DNA of 64,000 nt from Chara braunii. Taxonomy: Eukaryota > Plantae > Charophyceae. The position numbers and the translations under genes are program-made. The notes under the pieces are model-generated. The model worked only from the letters and a program-made list of their open reading frames with translations, was not told where the DNA came from and did no database searches. Each line of letters starts with the position of its first letter. The first letter of the stretch is position 1. The stretch spans positions 9,339,840 to 9,403,839 of the forward strand of contig BFEA01000003.1 of the NCBI GenBank assembly GCA_003427395.1, written 5' to 3'. This document shows positions 9,953 through 23,153 of this stretch, piece after piece.

Positions 9953-11701
9953 ATGGGTTACGTTGAAGCTCAAGAGGGAGCAGACAGCAGAACAGCATTC
10001 CGACAGGCTGAGAAGAAGTACAAACGCTACAAAGAACCAGCTACTGCGCGGCGCAGTCGAAGGGGCAAGGGAGGAAGAGGAGGTGGAGGGGGAGGAGGAG
10101 GAGGAGGTGGAGGAGGAGGTAATCACACTCCCAATACCAAATATGGTGTGGATATACCGAGGACAGATATGTCAGAAGTTATCGATTTTCTTGAGCTTGA
10201 AGGGGAAGGCTTTTTGGAAGAGAGCAATGGCCGTGCTGCTGATGTCGATGCCGTCCGGCAAGGGATTCGACGCCTGAAGGGGGACTACGACTGGCCTGTC
10301 TTCACGATTGACAAACATCCAGGCTTCTACTTCCTCTCACATGCTCTGACACCCACACAGCAAGCTCATCTGGTCAAGCAGAGCCTGACACAGTTTCCAC
10401 AGCCGCCGAACCGGACGAATCACAATCCTTTCTATGGTCCACTGCGCGATCTCTGGGAGAACGCACAGCAGGACTGCGTACTTGTCCATACCAGCCATCT
10501 CTTCTGTCACGAGCAACTCCCGGGTAACGAGAACTTCCCTCATAATGCAGAGAGCACTGTGATTGATGACAAAGTCAAGAGCATTTTCGCCTCCCAAGTA
10601 CAACCAGCTCCTCAACAACCACCTCCTCAGGGTCCTCCTCCTACTGATGCTTTCGCTTCTGCGTCTACAGCGGCTGCTGCTTCTGTTGCTACTGTCACGC
10701 TTGCTGGCAAGGATGTGCCGGCAGGTAACAATCTGAAAGAGGGAAAACAGGAGGGTGGAGAATGTAACGGTGATGAGCTGATTAGCAGTAATTCCGAGTC
10801 TACCGAACCTGATGGACATCAGGATAAAGTTGCGGGGGATGCGTCGACATCTGCTAGCCAAGCGGAGGGGGTTGGTGGGGAATCGCGAGAAGCCGACACT
10901 CGTCTAGTGACAACGTGGAAGTTTGTACCGCAGCCATCTGTCAGTATCAAGGCTTGTGACGCTGCACGAAGTAGGTCTGGACAAAGAGGTGATTGTGGCA
11001 CCATCAGAGCAGGTGACGTGCCAGGGACGAGCAGGACTGCAGAGGAAAAACAGGAGGAGGAGAGGGTGGAGGTGCAGGACGACGAGGAGAGGGGGCACAG
11101 AGCAGGAGTGTCTGGTTCTAAGGACGTGGTGCCGGCGAAAGTCTTGTTAAGGAAGTTGCGATGGGCGACAGTGGGGATTCAATTTGATTGGGGGAGGAAA
11201 GGGTACGATTTCACTCTTCCTAGAGGAGATTTCCCTGAGCATTTGACCGTGCTCGCTTCAACGCTGGCTAGACCAGCACTTGAATATGAAAACGATGGTG
11301 GGCGTGCACAAGAGAGTGGCCATGGCTTTCGAGCAGAGGCAGCCATCGTCAATTTCTATGGTCCAGATGACACTTTGGGAGGTCACTTGGACGATATGGA
11401 GGGAGATCTGAGCAAACCAATTGTGAGCCTAAGTCTAGGCCTGTCAGCCGTGTTCCTTATTGGTGGAGAATCGCGGGAGGATCCTCCGACAGCTATGATT
11501 CTGAGGAGTGGTGATGTTGTCTTGATGGCTGGGCATGCCAGACATTGCTACCATGGTGTCCCTCGGATCTTCACGGACGATGATGGTCCACAAGTCAATC
11601 GTAGCAAGGGGATAAGAGGTTTTGACGAGCCCTGGTTCTCGCCTTTCCGGGGGTATATAAGGCAATCGCGGATCAACATCAACATCCGGCAAGTCCGTTG
11701 A
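9953..11701 (+). CDS. ALKBH1: ALKBH1-family alpha-ketoglutarate/Fe(II) dioxygenase (AlkB homolog 1), single exon, 582 aa
   Basis: Uninterrupted ORF with first in-frame ATG at 9953 (MGYVEAQEG). Carries ALKBH1 motifs TAFRQAEKKYKRY, PGFYFL, PPNRTNH, LLRKLRWATVG, AEAAIVNFY, the HxD motif GGHLDD, PIVSLSLG, SGDVVLMAG, distal His in CYHGVPR and C-terminal RININIRQV. Confidence 0.93.
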   Translation: MGYVEAQEGADSRTAFRQAEKKYKRYKEPATARRSRRGKGGRGGGGGGGGGGGGGGNHTPNTKYGVDIPRTDMSEVIDFLELEGEGFLEESNGRAADVDAVRQGIRRLKGDYDWPVFTIDKHPGFYFLSHALTPTQQAHLVKQSLTQFPQPPNRTNHNPFYGPLRDLWENAQQDCVLVHTSHLFCHEQLPGNENFPHNAESTVIDDKVKSIFASQVQPAPQQPPPQGPPPTDAFASASTAAAASVATVTLAGKDVPAGNNLKEGKQEGGECNGDELISSNSESTEPDGHQDKVAGDASTSASQAEGVGGESREADTRLVTTWKFVPQPSVSIKACDAARSRSGQRGDCGTIRAGDVPGTSRTAEEKQEEERVEVQDDEERGHRAGVSGSKDVVPAKVLLRKLRWATVGIQFDWGRKGYDFTLPRGDFPEHLTVLASTLARPALEYENDGGRAQESGHGFRAEAAIVNFYGPDDTLGGHLDDMEGDLSKPIVSLSLGLSAVFLIGGESREDPPTAMILRSGDVVLMAGHARHCYHGVPRIFTDDDGPQVNRSKGIRGFDEPWFSPFRGYIRQSRININIRQVR

Positions 11702-14700
11702 TTTGTCAGATCTGACTCCGCCCCTGTCCTCAGAATATCTGTTGCGTCGTCTACCCCCTGTTAACTTTTTGCCGTGGCTCCGGACTGCGGAGCCTATTTT
11801 GTGTTTGGAACGTAAGGAGATTTCCGAGGCCTGACTACCAGGCCTTATGAGCATTGGTGGTGGTGGTGGTGATGAAAGCCTGTTGGTTGGGCGAAACGGC
11901 AAGCGCACACCTTTTCGTTTGGCAATGATGGGCGCTCGACGCCCTCGTGCACGGCCTTAGGGCAGAGGCATATGGCTGCTCTTTGTCCTAGGCATGGAAC
12001 TGATTTGATGGGTACGCACGACACAGCCCTGAGCCGCCTCTGCACCCCTCTGCGCAGCCAATCTGCTGCTTCCCCGTGTGTATGGCCGCAACTTCAAGTT
12101 GAGGGTGCTGTTGGAAGTAATGATGGTTTGAGGTGGAGACCAAAGTCTTGTCATAGACTGACTCGACTTTAATTAATGTTATATAAATGGCAGAGTAACT
12201 CTGAGTAAGGGCAAAAAGTATACCATGTCTTAAGCCTGTAATAATGCGGGCAGTTTGTTAAGGCAAAGTAGATAACCTTTCAGGTCAAAGTTGACGGACG
12301 GACTTGAGCAACTTTGAAGTCATACTAGAGTGGCCGACGACTACTGTCTTCACCCGAATAGAACGCACGGTCATTATAGCCGTATCTGGGGCAGTTTTCT
12401 GTCTAGGTGCAGCGATAGTGACCGGGCGCGTTTTATTCGGGTGAAGACGGTAGCTCAAAGTGGACCGACTTCACCAACTTCAAGGCCATGCGTAGAGTAG
12501 TAGCCAATGGTTAGACCACAAAGTACCCCAGGGGGTCTAAGGCCCCCTCTGGGGAGGCTCTGACGCAAATGCATATGGACCCACGAGGCGCACCGATTCA
12601 GCCACCGCGTTAACGGCCTAAAAACGTGGAGGTACTGGTGGTTTAAACCACAAAGTACACACCCCCAGCCTTGCAGTCCCAAACTTGTCACCACAAGAAA
12701 ACGGGCCAAAACGTCAAATGCTGGGCCCGCCGCTGATAAATTCGATCTTTGGTCGCGCTTTTGTTCCGTGCCGCCAGGATTTGAGGTGTCGGGCCCGCAG
12801 CCCAGGTGCCCATGTACTGGTGCTTTAAACCGCACGTACACGGCCCCAGCCTTGCAGAAAGTTTTTTGTCGCCACAAACAAAACTCGGAGGGGCCGCGCG
12901 GCGTGGGGCGCCGTTGAAAAAAAAAAATTGGGCGGCCTCCGAAGTTGTGCGGGTTTCGTGTTGACACCCGCGGGCGGATGTGTGGTGTACTGGTGCTTTA
13001 AGGCCAATGTAGACAAACATGTAGATGAATTCAGGGGTCAAAATAGACTAGTAGAAAGGCCAGACTAGAGACCACCTTCTTCCCCCAAATACAACGTACG
13101 GTCATTATAGCTGTATTTAGACTGAAAGATACCCCAATACGGCTATAATGACCGTACGTTGTATTCGAGGGAAGAAGGTTGCTTTCTGCAGGGTGTCAGG
13201 AATGGGGCACACAGTCCTATCATACTGATTTGTTATCTGGTCTGGACATGGCCGTGATCGTCTGATAAGCGTAGCAGGCGCACACTGGAACCTTGTCATG
13301 TGAATTTGACTATTATTATGGTCAAATGCATCGACGAAAGCACTGCCAGTCTGTTGTTATGCCCCCAACAAGATGTTATGTGAAGCTTTGAGCAGCTGGC
13401 ATCCAGGTGCCCGGATTTTCAACGCAAAGCGGACATAAACCAGGCCCAATTTTTTTCCCCCTTTTTTTTTTTAACAGCGGTATCTTCCCAACCACTCCTT
13501 TTTTTTTTTTTTTTTTCTTGGGACAAAATGCTCCAATCTATTCGTGGGGAGCAGCACGTGCTGGGAACCGGGCCCAGCATCCCATATGAAAATAGTACAA
13601 AATACACAAGTATTAAAGCACCAGGGCCATTACCCGGCTTCGGCTGAGAAAAGTCTGAGAACAAATTGCACCGAGTACTAATGAAACAGCCTCGAAGGGG
13701 CTAATGGAAAAAAGACAGACATCTATGCAGCACTAAATTCAAACGGGCCCTTTCGTTTTTCGAGCCTTGGCCGACAGGAGAATTCAGACTGAAAAAAAAC
13801 CACCTGCGTTGGTGCCTTTCAGCAGCCCAACCCTACCTGCCTCACCCCTATACCCCGATGCCCAATCTCTACCAAGCCTCACGCCCCCAACTGCTAGGTT
13901 ACAGAGTGGCACGACCCACCCCAGAAACCCCCCACCTGCTAGGCCACAGGGCAACGTGACCCGCCCCAGCTCCGGCCAGCGTTGACTAGGCACCAGCTCA
14001 CCAAAAGACACTCCCCAGATCTGTCTACCAGATCTCATGCCCTCGTACAGCTCGAGTTACAGGGCAGCGCGACCAAGCCCCAGCACCTGGCCAGCATCGT
14101 TCTGGCCTCGTCTATTCGCCAACCCCCGGGACTCGGGACGACGGCAGATACCAGTCAAGCCACCAATCAGCACCATAGCTGTAGATCCGATCATCCATCT
14201 TTCAGGCACTGGTTGCAGATATGCCACGAAAAAACCTTCTCAGCCCTACTCCGGCAAGTCTTACCGCAATGGAGCCACCATCTCCACCGCTGCTATACCC
14301 TATTTCAACCCTGCAGGCTAGCCCCTTCGCGGCGGAGCGAGTCCTCTCCCGCCATCACAGCCACCACAACCCCCTGCCACCAGTACCAAGCCTTAGAAGA
14401 ATTTTCTTTTTTTTTGAGAAATTTATGGAAAAATCTTCGAAATACCGGGCCCATTACCCGGCGTAGGCTAAGAATGACAACTTCGCAATCTACACAATAA
14501 AGCCACCCCAAACCTCGTATCAGGCACTGGTTGCAGATATCCCACAAAAATCCCTCTCAGCCCTACTCCGGCAAGTCTTACCGTGATGGAGCCACCATCT
14601 CCACCGCTGCTGTACCCTCCTCGCCTTTGACAACCTTTAGCAGCAACAGCAACGGCCATGCCGCCGGAGTGAAACAGCATTCGGAACCATCCATGAAGTG

Positions 14701-15780
14701 GTGGCTGCACAGCGTATCAAGCAGCAGGTGCCACAACATCAGATGTGCAGCAGATGCAGCAGCCGTGCTGTTTCAGGTCAGTAACAGTATAGCGGCAGCT
14801 CAGCAGCTGTACGAGCAGCAGCGGCTCAGTAGCAGCTGCAGCAGCATTACCACGGCAGGTCTGCCAGGTCAGCAGCAGTTGAACCACTACCGTCTTCACG
14901 CGAATAGAATGCCCGGTCATTACAGCTGCATTTGGCACGACTTCCCAGTCCAGCTGCAGCAGCAGTTGGGGGATACCAGCAGCTCAGCTGCAGGTCAGCA
15001 GAAGCAGCGGTGCCGTAACACCTCAGCAGCATTGTAGCAGCAGCAGGCTTGCAGAATTAGCAGCAGCATCAAGAAGAGAGCAGCAACAGCAACACCAACA
15101 GCAACAGTAGTTACTCATAGCATCAGGACTGGCGATAAAATGTGAATAACAAATGAATACCTCTGTCACAAACATGAAGCCCTGAGAAAAGCAGCACAGA
15201 AGTCTCATCCTTCTGGTTCTGATGCCAGTTCTGGGCCCTGTCAAAGGGCAGAACATTTTTGGGGGCATTTTAGGCCCTGGACGAGGGGATTGGGGTGCCG
15301 CCACGGTTATTTTTCGAATCTCCTCACCGCAGTTGTTCAGCTGCCCTGTGTCCGGATGTTAGGTCAGACGGTCAGGATGTCTGCTGGCCCTGCCCTGATG
15401 TCTGAAGTGCAATTTGCAACCATGCCCTTAAGTGCGGACATAGATACGGTTTTGATCGTCAGTATTTTTTTTTTCTTTTTTCTTTTTTTCCCACAGGTCT
15501 ATCGTGATGGGACTGCGGAGAAGCATCCGGTAAGCGTTGCCAGAGATTGTCCTTTGTGGCTATGCCAGAGTCTCCTGACTTGAGAGAGTGCTCGGACACC
15601 ACTGCAATGGTCCAGGAAAAATAAGGGAACCCTTTGACAAGTTCTTTCCCTCTCTTTCTTCTTTTTGTGTGTTTTTTTTTAATTAACTTACCCTGTTTAA
15701 CGTTCTTCCCCTTCGGCTTCTGGTGAATTCTGCACTGCCGATTCTTGGTTTTGTAGCAAAATCGAATGGACTCGGAGACA

Positions 15781-15870
<90 letters not shown>

Positions 15871-15888
15871 GTCACCTACTCTGTCTGA

Positions 15889-16039
15889 GGGCATACTCAA
15901 ACGGGGACCTATAATCCCAAAATCCCAAAAAAAAAGGGGAAAAGGCCGGTCACACGGATCTACCAAATTCGCAAGTGTACTATTCCAGTTCCCAAATCCG
16001 CATATTTAGCGGATTTGGGGTCGCCGTGTGAGTATGCCC
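15889..16039. mobile_element. PIF/Harbinger-like MITE
   Basis: TIR GGGCATACTCA(A/C)ACGG with a 3-bp TGA duplication on both sides. Confidence 0.7.
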
Positions 16040-16699
16040 TGAGTTTATATTGACACTCTCTGAAATGTTGGTAGATTTGATGTTGATGATCTGAGCCATA
16101 GGATCACTTATGTGATCCTTGCAAATCTGTGGGAGGCAGATGGGTAAGCATCATGGCTACAATCCGGACGTCCGGACCGCCTTCCAGACGGTCTGGATTT
16201 AGTCCGGACTCCAGACGTCCGTTCCGGAAGGCCCGGATCTGCCAAATTTCAAGGGGGGGGGGGGGGGGGGGGGGGGGGGGAGGAACGGTCCAGGACCCTT
16301 CCCCACTGAGGAGCCAAGCCCCCAACATTGTTTTGGGGGGTTCTCAGGCCCGTTTTTGTTTTCTTGGGGGGTCCGGACATGGTCTTCCTCTATAATAATT
16401 TATTAGACATATCCATGTTTTCAATTATTAATAATTAAAATTCATTACTTTTTAAAATTTAAAGTCTTTTTTTAAGTTTTTTAACTTTTTTATAGGTTTT
16501 GACTTTTAACTCAAGTTTGGTTAGGAATTCTGACATGAGTCTAAGGCAAAAGTGGTTTGCATTGTTATTCTTTTTTTTTATATATAAGCTGCCTTCTCCT
16601 CATTGGGGGACAGCCATATGTATATACATATATATATATATATGTCACAGCCCCTCGTTTGTTGTCCTCTTCTCCCTCTCTGCCTACGGTTTACCGGGC

Positions 16700-18260
16700 A
16701 GTTCTATTTGACGATATATATAAAGAACAACCCGAGCAGTTGCTGGGGCCGCTGATAGGAGCAGACACCACCAGCACCTTCGGGGAGGCTCCATCTATTG
16801 GTGGGGTGCAGCACCTGCTGGGAATCCGGCCCTCCGTCCCTGTAATGTACAATGTGATGGATAAGCCAAGCAAGAGTTGTCAATGTGCATGCGGGGGCCA
16901 GGCGGCAAAGAGCCCGACCTTACCATGGCGTATTGACTATCAGTTATCATCTATATGCTTATGAACGTGTTCTGTTATGTCTATAACTATCTGTAGATGT
17001 ACTTGTGCCAGCACCCAATGGCTCATAGTATGTGAGTGTAATGTTTATTTCCTAGTTCGCTGTGTTGTATAAGGTGTGGCTGAGTATATTCGAGAGTGTG
17101 TGATCTGTGGTATACGCCTGCATATGAGTCAGTTATTTAACAGGCAGGTCCTATCAGACAAAGCCTAACTAGTCATGCTCCCTGTCCGTGATCCTCATTG
17201 TCCAGGCTGCACTTTTGTCTCCACCCAGTTCACCCAGTTCATGCTCCCTGTTTCTGACTCTGATCGTCCACTAGTGATTCCGTTAGTCCCTAAACACCTG
17301 TTGGCCGTCGTTTCACCTATTGCCAGGTCTTTTCGCTCTTAAACCCTTAAGCCCTTAGGTCCTGATTGCAGCATTCCACCTGATACCTGGTCTCCATGTA
17401 ACTGTGAGGGGCAGCCTTGGCCAGCCACAATCCCTACCCACCCAGAACTTCATCTATCCACCCAAGAGTGCATCTGTTCCCACCGTCCCAGTCACACCAG
17501 CAGTAGGATTCCGTCTATTATCTACTCTCCACAATCCAATATACATTGTCAGATCCATTATCATGACTTGGTTGCTGACTCCATCTTCTGTCTCCGAGTA
17601 ATCACTGCTCCTCTCCTGGGAGGTCCCTGGTTGGCCGGCCTTTTGCGAAAGGACGGGGGCGTGGGCGAGGGGGGAGGGTAGGGAGGGNNNNNNNNNNNNN
17701 NNNNNNNNNNNNNNNNNNNNNNNNNNNNNNNNNNNNNNNNNNNNNNNNNNNNNNNNNNNNNNNNNNNNNNNNNNNNNNNNNNNNNNNNNNNNNNNNNNNN
17801 NNNNNNNNNNNNNNNNNNNNNNNNNNNNNNNNNNNNNNNNNNNNNNNNNNNNNNNNNNNNNNNTGGGGTGGGCTTTGGGGGGTTCAGGAGGAGGAGGGTA
17901 GGTGTGGGAAGGGGGAGCAGGAGCCGGGAGTGTGTTGTGCCTTGTCATCCTGGGATTAGGATGAAGTTGGTCGGTTGGAATGGGAACTGGAAGTGGCTTC
18001 TCGGTAGATGTTCCCACTGTGGTTCTGTCAACAACCACTGCTTCCATCGCAGTTGGTTGTGTTGGTCCAATTCGCAGAGTCTCTGTGCACTATCCACCCA
18101 GATTGGCCGGAAGTTACTGGAGAGTTCATTCTGTTTGATTGTATCTGGTTCCTTTAGTAGCATATTCCTGAGCTCTTGCCATGCCGCATGTGTGTTGGTA
18201 GTGATTGTTTCTAGAATCGAGGCTCGAGTCTCCATATAGCCAAATGTGTGCTGCCTGTGC
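16700..18260 (-). mobile_element. 5'-truncated LINE remnant (end of ORF2 plus 3' UTR with the shared tail)
   Basis: Trp-rich ORF end (AAWQELR..FRPIW) followed by UTR and the shared 3' motif. Confidence 0.4.
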
Positions 18261-18861
18261 TCAACAGCTCATCCCATTCGCCATGCAGCCATGAGCAGTG
18301 GGAGCCGTGTTACTTTCAGCAGGTTGAGGCTGACGGGTGTCCACCTGAGTGCGAGCGGGGGCGAATCCCCCAAAAGAATAACCCTGAGGTCCCATGGGAA
18401 GTGGATGCCCGTTAGATGATGCCATGCTGCGTCCCACCATTGCCAAAGTTGAGCCACCATGGTGCAGTCCAGCAGGCAATGTTCGAGTGTGGCTCGTTTC
18501 TTAGGGGAGCTCCCCCCCCAGTAGGTACGGAGCGGAGACGGCAGCCATATATTTTTCTCTCACCTCACATACTCTTCAACTGGTGTTCTGCCATGCCATG
18601 GCACATATCTTTCTTTCAGTACCTACCACTGCTCCGAAGGCTATACAGGGGACCCCTGAAAGCATAGCTCTCTCCCTCTCTTCGATGAAGGGAGGTTACC
18701 TCTCTCCGTGGAGAGAGGTAACGACATGTTTGCCCCTTTGCCGGAGAGAGGTAACGACATGTTTGCCCCTTTGCCCTAGCGTTTAGGGTTGGGGCCGCTG
18801 GTGGGGACCCGGCTAACACAAGGACCGAGCATTTGCCAGTAACTGTGCCTCCCTTTTCATC

Positions 18862-19192
18862 TTTTTTTTTTGTCTTTTTTTTTTTTTACATGAAACAAGC
18901 TCCATCTATTGGTGGGGAGCAGCACCTGCTGGAAACCGGGTCCAGCGTCCCCCACCCCCATCGAGTAACAGAGGTGTCTAAAGCCAACACTCTCCCACAC
19001 ACCACGCGCAACCCACTCACACGCGTACTCACACCCATGTTGGCTGAAGACCTTACGAATACCGACTCAGAGGATCCAGTTAACTATCTCAGTTGGTTGC
19101 CACCAAGAGTGCCACAGGCAGCCATGGGGATTGAACCCGTGACCTCCTGAATGCCACTTGCGTGCCTAACCAATTGAGCCAGGCCGCTGGAT
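18862..19192 (-). mobile_element. tRNA-derived SINE, complete (tRNA-like head, body, LINE-like 3' tail, poly(A))
   Basis: On the minus strand: A box TGGCTCAATTGG and B box GGTTCAATCCC. Body is shared with 31854-32090. Ends in the dispersed CCAATAGATGGAG tail plus an A-run. Confidence 0.75.
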
Positions 19193-20759
19193 TGCATTGT
19201 TATTCCGCATAACATTATTTTTTTTCAGATTTATTTTAATGGCTTGGACATTTCCGGACCTGCTTACCGGTCCAGACTGTCCGGAACCATGCGTGTCCGG
19301 AAGTCCGGAATTCTGGACCGGACGGGACATGCGTCCGGTCCCTGGACATGAGCTCTCCGGGTCCGGCACGGCCATGATAAGCATATGAGGTGGGAACTCT
19401 TGACGGTGGAGTGAGGCATGCACTCTATATAGCATTGGCTAATGCTCTCTGGGGCTTTTGAAATTTGAAAAAGGTCCTTCGGGACATCCGTTAAAAGTAT
19501 GACACACATATATCGAGAAATTTGAAAAAAGATGGGTAAACGAAGGTTGTTAGTGATCATTATGTCATACACAGATATGAGCATCAAGAAGACGACGGCA
19601 AGGAAATAATTTTTGAAAAGTGTCAAGAGGATGTCAAGGAAAATTCCATCTGAGAGGGTGTGCATTTCGAAAAACACATCTGAGGGGGTATGCATTGCAC
19701 ACTATATGTTCACGGTGGTGGCCTGCATGTCATCAGGGACCAGCAGATCATGATGATAACGCAGTGGTAGTGCATCCAAATCCAATTCACAAAATTTTCC
19801 CTTTTTTTTGGATAACCAATCCCTAGAATGGGTATGACTGTGGTTGGAAGTTCCAACAATAGGTTGATATTAGATAGTGCCTCTAGATTAGGGGACGTGA
19901 AGTTCTGGATGGGTACCAATGCCTATTCTCAAGCCCCATGATTTAAACCCGGGCATGACAATGGAGATGCCCACAAACAGAATGTGGAGCAAGGCTTTCC
20001 CGTTTGCTGGCGAAGTGACAACGTGCCTACCCATTCTAGGGATAGGAATAGTCACACATGAGCCAGTATTGCTTTTTCGTCATTTCCAAAGGAGAGGCGG
20101 TTAACGGAGGCCCTAATGTTTAGACAACTTGTCATGCCAGTTATAACAAAATCCAGGGGTTAATTTAACCAAACTTAACCACTTGTGTTCCAAAGCGCGA
20201 TATTCTGAAGGAGTAGCTGGCACTGGCATCATTGGGATTCTGAGTGGGCCTCCTCAGACCAGTGTGTAAACATCCACAGTCCCTGGCTGGAGTCTGCGCA
20301 GATCAGGGGAATTAAAAATCATTTAACCTTACTTGCCTGCTTATTTGTCCTGTGTAGAGTAACCATGGGGGCCGCGAGGAGCAGGGATTTCTTTGCTGAC
20401 CGCCCCGGCTGTGCTCTCTTTTTTGTAGAGGGCTGGCCTGCAGGCTGGGTGGCAAAGGAATCCCCTCTCTCCCTTGATCCTCCACGGTAGGGGCTGCATT
20501 ACTGTCATTTATTTGCGCTTTCTTGCAGGGAGAAAATGTATTTTTTTTCCTTTTTTTTTTTTTTTTTTTTTTTTTTGGTGAAACTTCGTTATACGGGAAA
20601 CCTACTTAACGAGGTGATAAGAGCATCCCCGGTAAGTAGGCCCCGGCGTCGAAGGCTCCATCTATTGGTGGGGAGCTACACCTGCTGGAAATCGGGTCCA
20701 GCATCCCAGTACAATTATGAGAATGAATCTGCTGGAAATCAGGTCCAGCGTCCCTGTAC

Positions 20760-22700
20760 AGTGATCCGTTCCTGGTGTAATCCTGGGATAGCGAAATCAA
20801 AGTTTTCCTCTACTATGCCTCCCCCCTTCCTGTTCGTTTCCTTTTTCGTTGGGTCTCCCTTAGATAATGAGGCTCCCTTCTTTTTTTAGCAAGGGGGAAA
20901 ACTCACTATCTGAGGGTCACTCTTCATCAGAGGATATCATCTTCTTCTTGAAATCAGATTCCTTCTGCAGTGACTCTAGGATTCAACTTACCTTCTTCAG
21001 TAGCCTGGTCGCTAATCCGTGGGTTGTTCGTTTTTGCTTTCCCTTTCTTTTCTTTTTTTTTTCCCTTTTCGCCTGTTCCACGGAAAACAAACGGTGAGGA
21101 AATCGCTGTACCAGGAAATTTAAAGAGGGATAAAACTCCATCTTTTTCTCCTGCTTTATCCACTGTCTTTTGCCTCTTTTATAAGGGGCCTTTCACTTTG
21201 TCATCTTAGTTCCCTGAATCAAGAATCTCTTCATCTTTCACCTGTAAGACTTTATTGGAGTCATAACGAGCGGGGGATTTTTCTCTCATAATTACATCTT
21301 TCAGTTTATTATCCTCCTCCTTTTTCCTTTCTTGCTCTTCCTTCTCTTCCACCTTCCTCCTTTCCTCCCTCATTCTCTTCTCTTCCTCTCTTCTCTTCTC
21401 CTCTTCTCCTCGTTCACCTTTTTCTTCGCTTTCTCTCTCTTTCTCTCCTCCTCCTCCCGTTTTTTATCCTGCTCTGTTTCGATCCTTTTTCCTTTGTCAC
21501 CCTTGACTGCCTCTTTAAAGGAAGACGATTTCTCCGTTCGTCAAACCGCCTTCTTCCCCTTTCCCTTTGGGTCATCTGCCCTCCCACCTTCTGGACCTTT
21601 CTTTTCCTTTTTTCTGGTAACTTCAACCCATTTCTCACCCCCCTTCTCTACTTCTATAGGCTTGCCCCCTTCCGATTTTCCATATTCCTTCAGTATCTTT
21701 TCTTTCTCATCCTCCTTCGCATCATTTTCCCCACCCTTATTCTTGTTCTCGTCCTTACCATTCCCCTTAGCCCCTGATTTGCGTTTTTGCTTGGGCGGGC
21801 AATCATCGTTTGTTTCCTTGTGGAAATGACGCCGACAAACCTGGCACCAAGATGTTTCAGCACTACTAACTTCAATCTTTACTGCCTCAAAGCTTCTAAG
21901 ATTGATTTTGAGATATTTATGCAGTCGATGTTAGGTCAAATAGAACGTGTCATAGGTCAGGTTCGAGAGGCTTCTTGTACACCGAGTAGTCTTTGACAAC
22001 TGGACCGAAGGCGCCTTCCACCCCTACCTTTAGGAGGCCCAAAATAGCAACCGGGATCTCCATACAATCGATCCAAAAACACTTTCGATGCATAGTGTCC
22101 CCCCCCCCCCCCCCCCCCCCCTCAAATTTTGACAATTCTCTCGATTTATGTGTGTCATCCTTGCTCAGCAGCCATGCTAATCTTCTCCGTATCGTTCAAA
22201 TTTTAACGAATGTCACGAAGGACCATAGCGTTTTTCCACTTTTGTAGTTGATGAATATTCATCTAGGGTTCGAAAGTCAACACGTGTTTAAGCATCTAGC
22301 TCTATTGTTTCCCCCCTTTCCTTAGCATCCAATCTGTCATTTGTTTAACGGATATCACATAAGTGGCTAGATTACGACCATCATTACATAAAGTTCCTCT
22401 AATCGGGACATCGTATGGAGCTCCAGCAGCCACCCATACGTTCTTGCACATCCTATTTTGTTTTTAACTTCCACCAAGAGGTTGGAGGCTTCATCTTAAA
22501 ACAAAATTGTGATAGCATGGTCCTTTAACCTGTCAATTTGGACCTACAAATGTCTTTATCAACCGTCATTATGACAAAGTCATCACTAGATTCGGCCAAT
22601 CCAGGTGCGACTCAATTGGGAAGAGTTCCTTCGTTGAAGCGCTTGGATAGCAAATCTCCGATTCATTGCTTTCCTTCATCAATCAGAGGTTTGATGTAAT
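20760..22700 (-). pseudogene. L1-like LINE ORF1 remnant (DUF4283-like region, Zn knuckle, Lys/Glu-rich tail)
   Basis: Minus-strand fragments RKCFWIDCMEIPVAILG and WCQVCRRHFHKETNDDCP. Many stops. Confidence 0.5.
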
Positions 22701-23153
22701 CAATGTTTGGGCGTCGTTAGACACTCCTCAGGGCATCCTCGGGGGATTTTTGGTTTTTTGGATGCATCGTTCGACCTGTCCTCGGCGAGTGGTTCCGAGG
22801 ATGAATCCTCGGGGCCTCTCCGCAGCCAGTTTTATACGAGTATACACGGTCGTGGGAGGTATGTTCGTGCTCCGGTTTGGGATGTCCGATCAAAAGGCAT
22901 GTTGGTCGACAGACGAAGGGTGCAAATACATGGGGGGCGCGAAAAAAAAAGAAATAAAAAAGTTTAAATGCCCTGGTCAGAACTTGGAAATTTGAATTTC
23001 GGCGAGTGACGACGGCTAGGCGGTGCACGAGCTATCCCAGCGCACTGGCGTAGTAACGAATAACTCATTTTGCTCACCTTCCAATCTACGTGGGAGCGTG
23101 GTCGCCCCTTTGAGTGACTACGTGGGCATGCAGTGTGTACTATGTAGTATTCC

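Larger units (their letters stand above)
16152..19376. mobile_element. Non-autonomous hAT-like element with TCCGGA-rich subtermini, hosting nested LINE and SINE insertions
   Basis: Termini CATGGC...GCCATG. Flanks GTAAGCAT (16144-16151) and ATAAGCAT (19377-19384) form a 7/8 TSD. Confidence 0.6.
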
